Below are positions 56,848 to 64,000 of a stretch of DNA of 64,000 nucleotides, one piece after another. Origin of the DNA: a virus; IMG/VR virus record IMGVR_UViG_3300046171_000182, positions 32,001-96,000 of that record; one strand, given 5' to 3'. The notes under the pieces are model-generated. The model was not told the origin of the DNA. It was given only the letters and a program-made list of their open reading frames with translations, and searched no databases. The translations under genes were made by a program, and so were the position numbers. Numbering within the stretch: position 1 is the first letter of the stretch; every line of letters starts with the position of its first letter.

Positions 56848-56876
56848 TTTACAAAGATGTGGTTTTGATATATAAT
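56848..56876 (+). promoter_or_regulatory. Early/middle-type promoter for nrdJ
   Basis: TTTACA-N17-TATAAT. Confidence 0.7.
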
Positions 56877-56915
56877 ACCACATAAGAGAAAATCATTTAT
56901 ATAAAGGAAATTGCA

Positions 56916-59132
56916 ATGGCAACAGCTTCTGTTGACACACGTAAACTTTTGTCCGAAACAAAGTTTTACGATAGTTACTCACGCTTTAACGACGATAACG
57001 AAAGGTACGAAACATGGGAGGAAGCTGTAGATCGTGTGATCGAAATGCACGCAAATCAATACAAAGAAAATGATAACGGATTAAAGTCTTATTTAGAAGA
57101 AGCTAGACAGGCTTATAAAGAACAAAGAGTGTTAGGTGCTCAACGTGCTCTTCAATTCGGTGGAGACCAATTGCTTAAGCATCAAATGAGAATGTATAAC
57201 TGTACGTCTTCATATGCAGATAGGCCATCATTTTTCGGTGAGATTTTCTATATTTTATTATGTGGCGCAGGTGCAGGATTTTCGGTACAAGAGCATCATA
57301 TTGCTAGACTTCCAAAGATTACAGCACGAAGCAAGCCTGCAAAAACTCACGTAGTCACAGATGACATTGAAGGATGGGCAACCGCTGTTGATATTCTTAT
57401 GTCGTCTTATTTTGCAGATGGTGGTAAATATCCAGACTATGCCGGCCGCAGAGTCTATTTTGATTTGTCAAATATCCGTCCAAAGGGATCTAAAATTTCT
57501 GGTGGATTTAAAGCTCCAGGCCCTGATGGTCTACGACGTGCTCTTGATAAGATTGAACATCTGTTGCAAGACATCGTAATCGATGCAAAGGAATCAATTG
57601 CGTTGCGTCCAATTAATGTTTATGATATTTGTATGCATACCGCTGATGCTGTACTATCAGGCGGTGTTCGTCGCTCTGCGACTATTTGTCTGTTCTCACC
57701 TGACGACGAAGAAATGATGTCAGCTAAAACAGGTAATTGGTTTATCGATAATCCACAACGTGGTCGTTCAAATAACTCCGCTGTCATAGTTCGAGACACA
57801 ACTACACCTGAACAGTTCGGCAAGATCATGACAAATGTAAAAGAGTTTGGTGAACCAGGTTTTGTGTTTGTAGAGTCAACTGAGCATACAACTAACCCAT
57901 GTGTTGAGATAGGAATGTTCCCGCAGATAGACGGACAGTCTGGATGGCAGGGATGTAATCTTACAGAAATTAACGGTGGTAAATGTGTAACTAAAGAAGA
58001 TTTCTTTCTTGCATGCCGCGCTGGTGCGATCTTAGGTACCCTCCAGGCAGGTTACACTGACTTTAAATTCTTACCGGACACAACAAAAGATATTTTTGAC
58101 CGTGAAGCTTTGCTTGGCGTATCAATTACAGGATGGATGAATAATCCGGATATTCTATTTAATGCAGAAATACTTGAGGAAGGGGCAAACATTGTCAGAC
58201 AAGTCAACAGAGAAGTTGCAGGAGTTATTGGAATCAACGCAGCGGCTAGAACGACTTGTGTTAAACCAAGCGGCAACGCTTCGGTTCTATTGCAAACTGC
58301 TAGCGGTATTCATGCTGAGCATTCTAGCATGTACATACGTAATGTTCAAATGAATAAAGAGTCTGAGGTTACTCAGGCAATACAAAAAACCAATCCACAC
58401 ATGGTCGAAGAATCAGTTTGGTCTTCAGGCGGAACTGATGTCGTTGTATCATTTCCTATTTTGCCTAAAGAAGGATCAATGCTTAAAGACGAATTAATCG
58501 GAGTAGATCATTTAGAACTAGTAAAGAAAGCTCAAGAACATTGGGTGAATGCTGGTACTAACGAAGAGCTATGTGCTGATAAAGGTATTCGACACAATGT
58601 ATCTAATACTATTATTGTAAAGGATTGGGATGAAGTAGAAGATTACGTATTTAAGAATCGTCGCAGCTTTGCTGGTATTTCTTTCTTATCTTCTATGGGC
58701 GATAAAGACTTTAATCAAGCACCAAACACCGGTGTCATCGATGCAAATACCATGGTTGATAAATACGGAACAGCTGCCATCTTTGCAAGTGGCTTAGTTG
58801 TTGATGCACTCAATGCATTTGATAATCTTTGGAATGCTTGTTCTACGGCTCAAGGTATGGGTGAAGATTTATCAGTCGAGTCTACACAAACTGTATTGAA
58901 GAAAGATTGGATTCGTAGGTTCAACAACTTTGCAAATAATTATTTAGATGGTAATTTAAAGGAAACAGAATATTGCTTGAAGGATTCGTACTTGTTACAT
59001 AAGTGGAATAAGATTAACGCTAACTTTAGGGATATTAGTTGGGAACATGATCTGACCGAGAAGAAGTATACTGACGTTGATACGTTAGGTGCGGCAGCTT
59101 GTGCAGGCGGAGCTTGTGAGATAGACTTTTAA
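56916..59132 (+). CDS. nrdJ: Class II (B12-dependent) ribonucleotide reductase
   Basis: YNC, GGVRRSA, TNPCVEI, CNLTEI, VKPSG and C-terminal CAGGAC; no beta subunit adjacent. Confidence 0.88.
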   Translation: MATASVDTRKLLSETKFYDSYSRFNDDNERYETWEEAVDRVIEMHANQYKENDNGLKSYLEEARQAYKEQRVLGAQRALQFGGDQLLKHQMRMYNCTSSYADRPSFFGEIFYILLCGAGAGFSVQEHHIARLPKITARSKPAKTHVVTDDIEGWATAVDILMSSYFADGGKYPDYAGRRVYFDLSNIRPKGSKISGGFKAPGPDGLRRALDKIEHLLQDIVIDAKESIALRPINVYDICMHTADAVLSGGVRRSATICLFSPDDEEMMSAKTGNWFIDNPQRGRSNNSAVIVRDTTTPEQFGKIMTNVKEFGEPGFVFVESTEHTTNPCVEIGMFPQIDGQSGWQGCNLTEINGGKCVTKEDFFLACRAGAILGTLQAGYTDFKFLPDTTKDIFDREALLGVSITGWMNNPDILFNAEILEEGANIVRQVNREVAGVIGINAAARTTCVKPSGNASVLLQTASGIHAEHSSMYIRNVQMNKESEVTQAIQKTNPHMVEESVWSSGGTDVVVSFPILPKEGSMLKDELIGVDHLELVKKAQEHWVNAGTNEELCADKGIRHNVSNTIIVKDWDEVEDYVFKNRRSFAGISFLSSMGDKDFNQAPNTGVIDANTMVDKYGTAAIFASGLVVDALNAFDNLWNACSTAQGMGEDLSVESTQTVLKKDWIRRFNNFANNYLDGNLKETEYCLKDSYLLHKWNKINANFRDISWEHDLTEKKYTDVDTLGAAACAGGACEIDF

Positions 59133-59275
59133 TGAAAGAAAGAAGTTTTATAGTCGAGTGCAATTATTGTGACATTGAAGCAGAAATATATTGCGAAACC
59201 GACATGGCTGTCGAATTCTGTCCTTTTTGTGGTGAAGAAAATAATGCGCTTGAATTAGACTCAGACGAATACTAA
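59132..59275 (+). CDS. Small zinc-ribbon protein (47 aa)
   Basis: CNYC...CPFCG; translated by hand. Confidence 0.65.
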   Translation: MKERSFIVECNYCDIEAEIYCETDMAVEFCPFCGEENNALELDSDEY

Positions 59276-59288
59276 GATATATAAACCT

Positions 59289-59693
59289 ATGTGGGTTTAT
59301 GAAAACAAAGACTTTAACCAAACCCCTGATGAATTTCAGGGGTTTGTTTATATGGTAACCGAGAAAGATACCGGTAAAAAATATATCGGCAAAAAATTCT
59401 TCTGGAAGCCAAAAATATTGCCTGTTACTAAATCACGCAAACGTAGAGTCCGCACAAGAGTTGAATCTGATTGGCGTACATATTACGGTTCAAGTAAAGA
59501 AGTACAAAGTTTAGTAGAATCAAAAGGCAAAGACAATTATCAAAGAGAAATATTAAGACTTTGTAAGACTAAGGGTGAATGCTCTTATTACGAAGCCAAA
59601 CTCCAATTTCAATATGATGTATTATTATCTGATGAATATTATAATGAATTTATCGGTTGTAAGATACATGCAAAACATATACGAGATAAATAG
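59289..59693 (+). CDS. GIY-YIG endonuclease
   Basis: GFVY...KYIGKK...YYGSS...E...YYN. Confidence 0.8.
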   Translation: MWVYENKDFNQTPDEFQGFVYMVTEKDTGKKYIGKKFFWKPKILPVTKSRKRRVRTRVESDWRTYYGSSKEVQSLVESKGKDNYQREILRLCKTKGECSYYEAKLQFQYDVLLSDEYYNEFIGCKIHAKHIRDK

Positions 59694-59708
59694 ATTAATG
59701 AGGATGAT

Positions 59709-60131
59709 ATGGTAAGACCAGTATATGAAGTGATTCGCCGAACTAAGAATCGACGAAACAAAGAAGAAAAAATAAAAGAGTTACAAGAAGGAGAATCTTG
59801 GGCTCTAAAAGATATTTTACGCGGTGCATACGATAGCACAGTAGAATTTAACTTTCCTCAAGGCGATCCGCCTTTTACTCCCAATCAAAAGCACAATGCA
59901 CCATCAAATCTTTTAAAAGAACACAAGAGATTTATGTACTTTGTTTCTGGAGGCCCAGGTGATGAGTTACCTACCTACAAACGAGAACGTATTCTATTTG
60001 AAATTTTAGAAGGCGTACATCCAGATGATGCAAAGCTTGTTGTGTCAATGATCAACAAAAAGAAATTAGAAGGCATTTCGAGGCCGGTAATCGAGGAAGC
60101 ATTTCCTGGATTATTGCAGGATACATCATGA
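59709..60131 (+). CDS. T4-like hypothetical protein
   Basis: PQGDPPF, KRE..F..LEGVHPDDA. Confidence 0.6.
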   Translation: MVRPVYEVIRRTKNRRNKEEKIKELQEGESWALKDILRGAYDSTVEFNFPQGDPPFTPNQKHNAPSNLLKEHKRFMYFVSGGPGDELPTYKRERILFEILEGVHPDDAKLVVSMINKKKLEGISRPVIEEAFPGLLQDTS

Positions 60132-60168
60132 TGGTGTGATTATTTTACTTTTAAGGAGACAATTATAC

Positions 60169-60321
60169 ATGTCAGAAAATCAGCTAGAACGTCTTAGACA
60201 AGATTCGCTTGAACTACAGGAATATGCCCAAAAACTTGAACGGAAAGGCAAGATCTCACTAATGCAAAAAATTCTGGCTAAGCGAAAATATTTAGACAAT
60301 CGTATAAAAGAAGCTTCATAG
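60169..60321 (+). CDS. Small hypothetical protein
   Basis: AAGGAG RBS. Confidence 0.55.
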   Translation: MSENQLERLRQDSLELQEYAQKLERKGKISLMQKILAKRKYLDNRIKEAS

Positions 60322-60333
60322 TAAAAAAAGGAG

Positions 60334-60362
60334 TGTACTTCCCCCTTAAGTCGTGGTATAAT
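60334..60362 (+). promoter_or_regulatory. Early/middle-type promoter
   Basis: TGTACT-N17-TATAAT. Confidence 0.7.
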
Positions 60363-60395
60363 AAAGTATCATTACTTAGAGGGGGATAGTATACC

Positions 60396-60962
60396 ATGAA
60401 TATCTTTATTCTAGACAAAGATCCAATAGTTGCAGCTCAATGGCAATGCGACAAGCATGTCGTAAAAATGATAGTCGAGTCAGCACAAATGCTTTCAACA
60501 GCACATCGTATGTTAGATGGTGAAGAGACTAAACGTCCTTCTAAATCTGGTAAACGTATGGTAAAGTATTGGGTACATCCTAACGATCATATGGAAAATA
60601 CTTTGTACAAAGCCGTACACATGGGTCATCCATGTACCATATGGACAATGGAATCTAATAGTAACTATAATTGGCATTATGTTCACTTCAGAGCACTTTG
60701 TATCGAGTATCGGTTTCGCTATGGGAAAACTCACAGTACAGAAACTTTATTGACAGACGTATTACGAGATGCTCCACGTAATATTAATTACGATGAGAAT
60801 CTAACACCATTTGCTCTTGCAATGACACATGAACCACAATGCATTCACGAAGGTGATCCTGTCAGATCTTATCAAGAATATTATCATACAAAACAAGATC
60901 GTTTTAAAATGGTATGGACAAGACGTGAGACTCCGGAGTGGTTTAATGTTTGCGCAGCTTGA
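60396..60962 (+). CDS. Pyrimidine-dimer DNA glycosylase-like protein (DenV superfamily)
   Basis: MNIFILD, CDKHVVKMIVESAQMLSTAH, HPCTIW, YRFRYGKTH. Confidence 0.75.
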   Translation: MNIFILDKDPIVAAQWQCDKHVVKMIVESAQMLSTAHRMLDGEETKRPSKSGKRMVKYWVHPNDHMENTLYKAVHMGHPCTIWTMESNSNYNWHYVHFRALCIEYRFRYGKTHSTETLLTDVLRDAPRNINYDENLTPFALAMTHEPQCIHEGDPVRSYQEYYHTKQDRFKMVWTRRETPEWFNVCAA

Positions 60963-61233
60963 ATACAAAATATTAGAAGAACTTAAGTTTGGAGACCCAG
61001 ACAATCCAGGTACATGGCTAAGACTTGAGGAAAGCGAAAGAGGAACTAAAGTCATTAGGACATGGTCGAATCTTTCTAAACAATGGAACGTCATATATAG
61101 ATACAACGTAGAAGAAAATTGGGAAAAGTGGAAGAGATTATCATGCCGATTTATACAGTCAGAAGAGATAACGAAAAAGCCGAAAAGTCGTGGGAAGTCT
61201 CGTGTTCGTGGAAAGAACTCCAAGACATGTTAG
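60946..61233 (+). CDS. Hypothetical protein
   Basis: GGAG RBS; overlapping ORF. Confidence 0.45.
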   Translation: MFAQLEYKILEELKFGDPDNPGTWLRLEESERGTKVIRTWSNLSKQWNVIYRYNVEENWEKWKRLSCRFIQSEEITKKPKSRGKSRVRGKNSKTC

Positions 61234-61379
61234 AAGAGTACAAACTAGTTCAAGTTTTATCTGCTCCTAAAATTGTCGAATCTACCGGTGGAGTTTTATC
61301 TAAAACACCTGATAGTTGGAAAGAACATCTTGGTCGCATAAAGAAGGGAGCGGGCAGGAGAAATACTATCCGAACATGA
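61143..61379 (+). CDS. Hypothetical protein (MPIYT start)
   Basis: Small ORF directly before phoH. Confidence 0.55.
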   Translation: MPIYTVRRDNEKAEKSWEVSCSWKELQDMLEEYKLVQVLSAPKIVESTGGVLSKTPDSWKEHLGRIKKGAGRRNTIRT

Positions 61380-62071
61380 AAAGAAATAAGCAACCAAATA
61401 ACTCAATGACGGTTCGTATTGACGATTTACTAGAGTACGATCCATTAACTGAAACTCAACGAAAAGCCTTTGATTCGTGGGATGATGATAACAATATGGT
61501 ATTGGCCGGGTCGGCTGGCACCGGTAAAACATTTGTTGGAATGTATCTTGGTTTAGAAGCAGTCCTAGATCCTAATAGTCTACAAGACAGATTAATTATT
61601 ATAAGATCTATGGTTCCAACAAGAGACATGGGATATTTACCGGGTACTAAGGCTGAAAAAGAGGAAGCATACATTGCTCCATATAAAGCAATTGCCTGTG
61701 ATCTATTTGGTGATAAGGGATCTTGGAGTAAAGCGATATCTTCAGGTAAAATACAATTTGAGTCTACCTCTTTTATTAGAGGAGTAACCGTAGATAATGC
61801 TGTGATATTAGTAGATGAAATGCAGAATCTAAACTTTCATGAACTAGATTCCGTTATAACACGCGTAGGTAGAGATTCTCGTATTATATTTAGTGGCGAT
61901 CATCTACAAACAGATTTTAAATATGATGACGATAAACAAGGAATATATAAATTCCTTACTATTGTTGAACAACTAAAGAACTTTGATATAATCAATTTTG
62001 GATGGCAGGATATCGTGCGATCTGATTTTGTGAGAGACTATATAATGACAAAAGAAATGCTTAACCTATAG
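61376..62071 (+). CDS. phoH: PhoH-family ATPase
   Basis: GSAGTGKT, GYLPG, FIRG, DEMQN, TRVG, GD..Q.D, DIVRS. Confidence 0.93.
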   Translation: MKRNKQPNNSMTVRIDDLLEYDPLTETQRKAFDSWDDDNNMVLAGSAGTGKTFVGMYLGLEAVLDPNSLQDRLIIIRSMVPTRDMGYLPGTKAEKEEAYIAPYKAIACDLFGDKGSWSKAISSGKIQFESTSFIRGVTVDNAVILVDEMQNLNFHELDSVITRVGRDSRIIFSGDHLQTDFKYDDDKQGIYKFLTIVEQLKNFDIINFGWQDIVRSDFVRDYIMTKEMLNL

Positions 62072-62080
62072 GAGGATTAT

Positions 62081-62548
62081 ATGGCATTTAATCTATCAAA
62101 CCGATCAAAAGGTAAACTCGAAGGAGTTCATCCTGATATGGTAGCCGTAGTCGAACGTGCAATTGAATTAACTAAAGTCGATTTCGGTGTTACGTACGGA
62201 GTACGTACTGTAGAAGAACAAGAGAAGCTGGTTGCTGCAGGCAGATCTCAAACAATGAAATCAAAACATCTTGTACAAGATACTGGTTTTTCACATGCTG
62301 TCGATGTTGTAGCATATGATGGATCTGATGTTGTATGGGAACTAAATGTCTATGATGATATTTGTGATGCATTTAAAGAAGCAGCTATTGAAAAAGGTGT
62401 AGCAATTAAATGGGGAGCAGCATGGTCTGAGGGTGACATTCGTACGTATGAAGGAACAGCCGAAGATGCTATGAATAACTATATTGATCTACGTCGATCT
62501 CAAGGACGTCGACCGTTTATTGATGGACCTCATTTTGAATTAATGTAA
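62081..62548 (+). CDS. Endolysin, M15 L-Ala-D-Glu peptidase family
   Basis: GVHPD, G.RT...Q, SKH, AVD, WGAAW, DGPHFEL. Confidence 0.9.
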   Translation: MAFNLSNRSKGKLEGVHPDMVAVVERAIELTKVDFGVTYGVRTVEEQEKLVAAGRSQTMKSKHLVQDTGFSHAVDVVAYDGSDVVWELNVYDDICDAFKEAAIEKGVAIKWGAAWSEGDIRTYEGTAEDAMNNYIDLRRSQGRRPFIDGPHFELM

Positions 62549-62556
62549 ATTAACTG

Positions 62557-62585
62557 TGTACAAACCCAGTTATATGTGTTAGAAT
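62557..62585 (+). promoter_or_regulatory. Early/middle-type promoter
   Basis: TTAACTG-TGTACA-N17-TAGAAT. Confidence 0.75.
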
Positions 62586-62591
62586 GTTATT

Positions 62592-63272
62592 ATGAATTAT
62601 ATACATGAAAAAATTGACTTAGGCTATGAAACTCTCACACGAGAAGATGGCAAGCAGCGCAGATATGTCACTCCCAAAGGCGTGGCATATCCTAGCGTTA
62701 CAACTGTAACCTCTATTCTAAATGAAGACAAGATCGCTGCATGGCGAGCTCGTGTTGGTGAAGAAGAAGCTAACAAGATCGGTAGCAAAGCTGCTACTCG
62801 TGGTACTGCGGTACACAATCTTGTAGAGAAATATCTACAAAACGATCCTGACTATGGCGAAGGCGTAATGCCACACGTCATGCAAAGTCTAACTAACATG
62901 AAACCAATTCTTGAAAAACGTATGAATGTAATCTACGATCAAGAAGTTCCACTCTATAGCGACTATCTTAAGTTAGCCGGTACTTGTGACTGCGCTTGTA
63001 AGTTTGACGGTGTTAATAGCATCGTTGATTTTAAGACTTCTCGCTTTCCTAAAAAGAAATCTATGCTTGACCATTATTTCATTCAAGCATGCGCCTACTC
63101 AATTATGTGGGAAGAACGCACAGGCATGTCAATGCCTAATCTTGTTATTCTTATGGATGTTGATAATGGTAGAGCTCTGACATACAAAGAGCATCGCGAT
63201 AACTGGACAGAGAAGTTACACGAAACGATAGAATTGTTTTATCGAAGACAGAAACAAATGGTACTGTCTTAA
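62592..63272 (+). CDS. PD-(D/E)XK exonuclease
   Basis: YPSVTT, RGTAVH, AGTCD, VDFKTS, Q..AY. Confidence 0.85.
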   Translation: MNYIHEKIDLGYETLTREDGKQRRYVTPKGVAYPSVTTVTSILNEDKIAAWRARVGEEEANKIGSKAATRGTAVHNLVEKYLQNDPDYGEGVMPHVMQSLTNMKPILEKRMNVIYDQEVPLYSDYLKLAGTCDCACKFDGVNSIVDFKTSRFPKKKSMLDHYFIQACAYSIMWEERTGMSMPNLVILMDVDNGRALTYKEHRDNWTEKLHETIELFYRRQKQMVLS

Positions 63273-63301
63273 ATTATTTTTCCAAAAACCGCAATTAACT
63301 G

Positions 63302-63330
63302 TGTACATCTCCTTAGAAGTATGGTATAAG
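63302..63330 (+). promoter_or_regulatory. Early promoter
   Basis: AAAAACCGCAATTAACTG-TGTACA-N17-TATAAG. Confidence 0.72.
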
Positions 63331-63354
63331 TGTATTATGATAAGGAGAATACAA

Positions 63355-63591
63355 ATGTTTAGAATTTCAAATTTTTACCAAGAAGCTGACATGACCTGGG
63401 AACGGGCTAAATCCCTGATCGAAAATATGGGTAATGGAGACCTCTTGGCTGGAATGGAAACTATGGATGCTGCATGGGAAGAACACTGCAAAGACGAACA
63501 CGCATATGATGACGATTTTGCAGATAACTATGGCGCTGAAATGAATGCTTTCAATATTGTGTTCAAAACATTTAAACCACTGTTCGCATGA
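63355..63591 (+). CDS. Hypothetical early protein
   Basis: AAGGAG RBS. Confidence 0.6.
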   Translation: MFRISNFYQEADMTWERAKSLIENMGNGDLLAGMETMDAAWEEHCKDEHAYDDDFADNYGAEMNAFNIVFKTFKPLFA

Positions 63592-63602
63592 AAGGAAAAT
63601 AT

Positions 63603-64000
63603 ATGAACAATCTAAATAATCTAAATAAAGTAATCTTAACTGACTGCGATGGTGTTCTCATGAATTGGGAATATGCCATGAACGTCTGGATGCAATCCAA
63701 AGGATATGAGATTGTAAATGATGGTCAGGAATATTACGATATGGGCGATCGTTATAACCTAAGTCACTATGATAAGAAAATGCTTGTTCGGCATTTTAAT
63801 GAATCTGCCGCTATGGGTTTCTTGCCACCTCTTCGAGATGCAATGTATTACGTAGATCTCTTACATCGTAAGCATGGTTATACATTTCATATGATTACAT
63901 CTCTATCTAAAAACGAGCATGCTCAAAAGCTTCGTATTCAAAATACTAAAAAGCTTTTTGGTGATACTGCTTTTACTAAATTTATCTTCGAAGATACTGG
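63603..64000 (+). CDS. HAD-family deoxyribonucleotidase-like protein (T4 30.2-like), 3'-truncated
   Basis: ILTDCDGVLMNW, ITS; frame open to the window end. Confidence 0.75.
   Translation, partial: MNNLNNLNKVILTDCDGVLMNWEYAMNVWMQSKGYEIVNDGQEYYDMGDRYNLSHYDKKMLVRHFNESAAMGFLPPLRDAMYYVDLLHRKHGYTFHMITSLSKNEHAQKLRIQNTKKLFGDTAFTKFIFEDT

Noticed and set aside
42850-62556. CtrA boxes at TTAAC-containing promoters
   Set aside because: TTAA to TTAAC spacings checked were 5, 6 and 11 rather than 7.
1770-63180. Many short alternative-frame and antisense ORFs in the track (e.g. 3083-3481, 30504-30992, 48919-49524, 53551-54015)
   Set aside because: They overlap well-supported genes and lack recognisable motifs; treated as shadow ORFs.
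62592-63272. Cas4 / CRISPR association
   Set aside because: A typical T4-like PD-(D/E)XK exonuclease without the C-terminal Cys cluster or any array nearby.
1-64000. CRISPR array, integrase, transposase, intron or intein
   Set aside because: No regularly spaced repeats or such motifs were seen; gp43, gp41, uvsX and nrdJ are of ordinary length and uninterrupted.

Overview
AT-rich, almost entirely plus-strand segment of a T4-like myovirus genome. It carries the T4 core replication/recombination module (uvsY, uvsW, gp55, gp47, gp46, gp45, gp44, gp62, regA, gp43, uvsX, gp41), thyX, class II RNR (nrdJ), phoH, an endolysin and spanins. Several features point to a marine alphaproteobacterial, probably Rhodobacteraceae-like, host: a permuted two-piece tmRNA, a ROSE-type hairpin before hsp20, pseudoazurin and a DUF1127 protein. 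Most notable items: (1) a T4 gp42-like dCMP hydroxymethylase next to an amino-acid:DNA-transferase-like gene, a PLP enzyme, an SGNH-like protein and nucleotide-sugar genes, suggesting an unusual cytosine hypermodification pathway; (2) about 8 clustered genes whose N-termini resemble the T4 capsid-targeting sequence, two of them enzyme-sized; (3) an 8 kb island of tailoring enzymes; (4) structured RNA elements after two tRNAs; (5) about 20 copies of a TGTACA/TTTACA-N17-TATAAT promoter. Several frameshifts look like sequencing insertions. All family calls come from motif recognition by eye, with no database searches.
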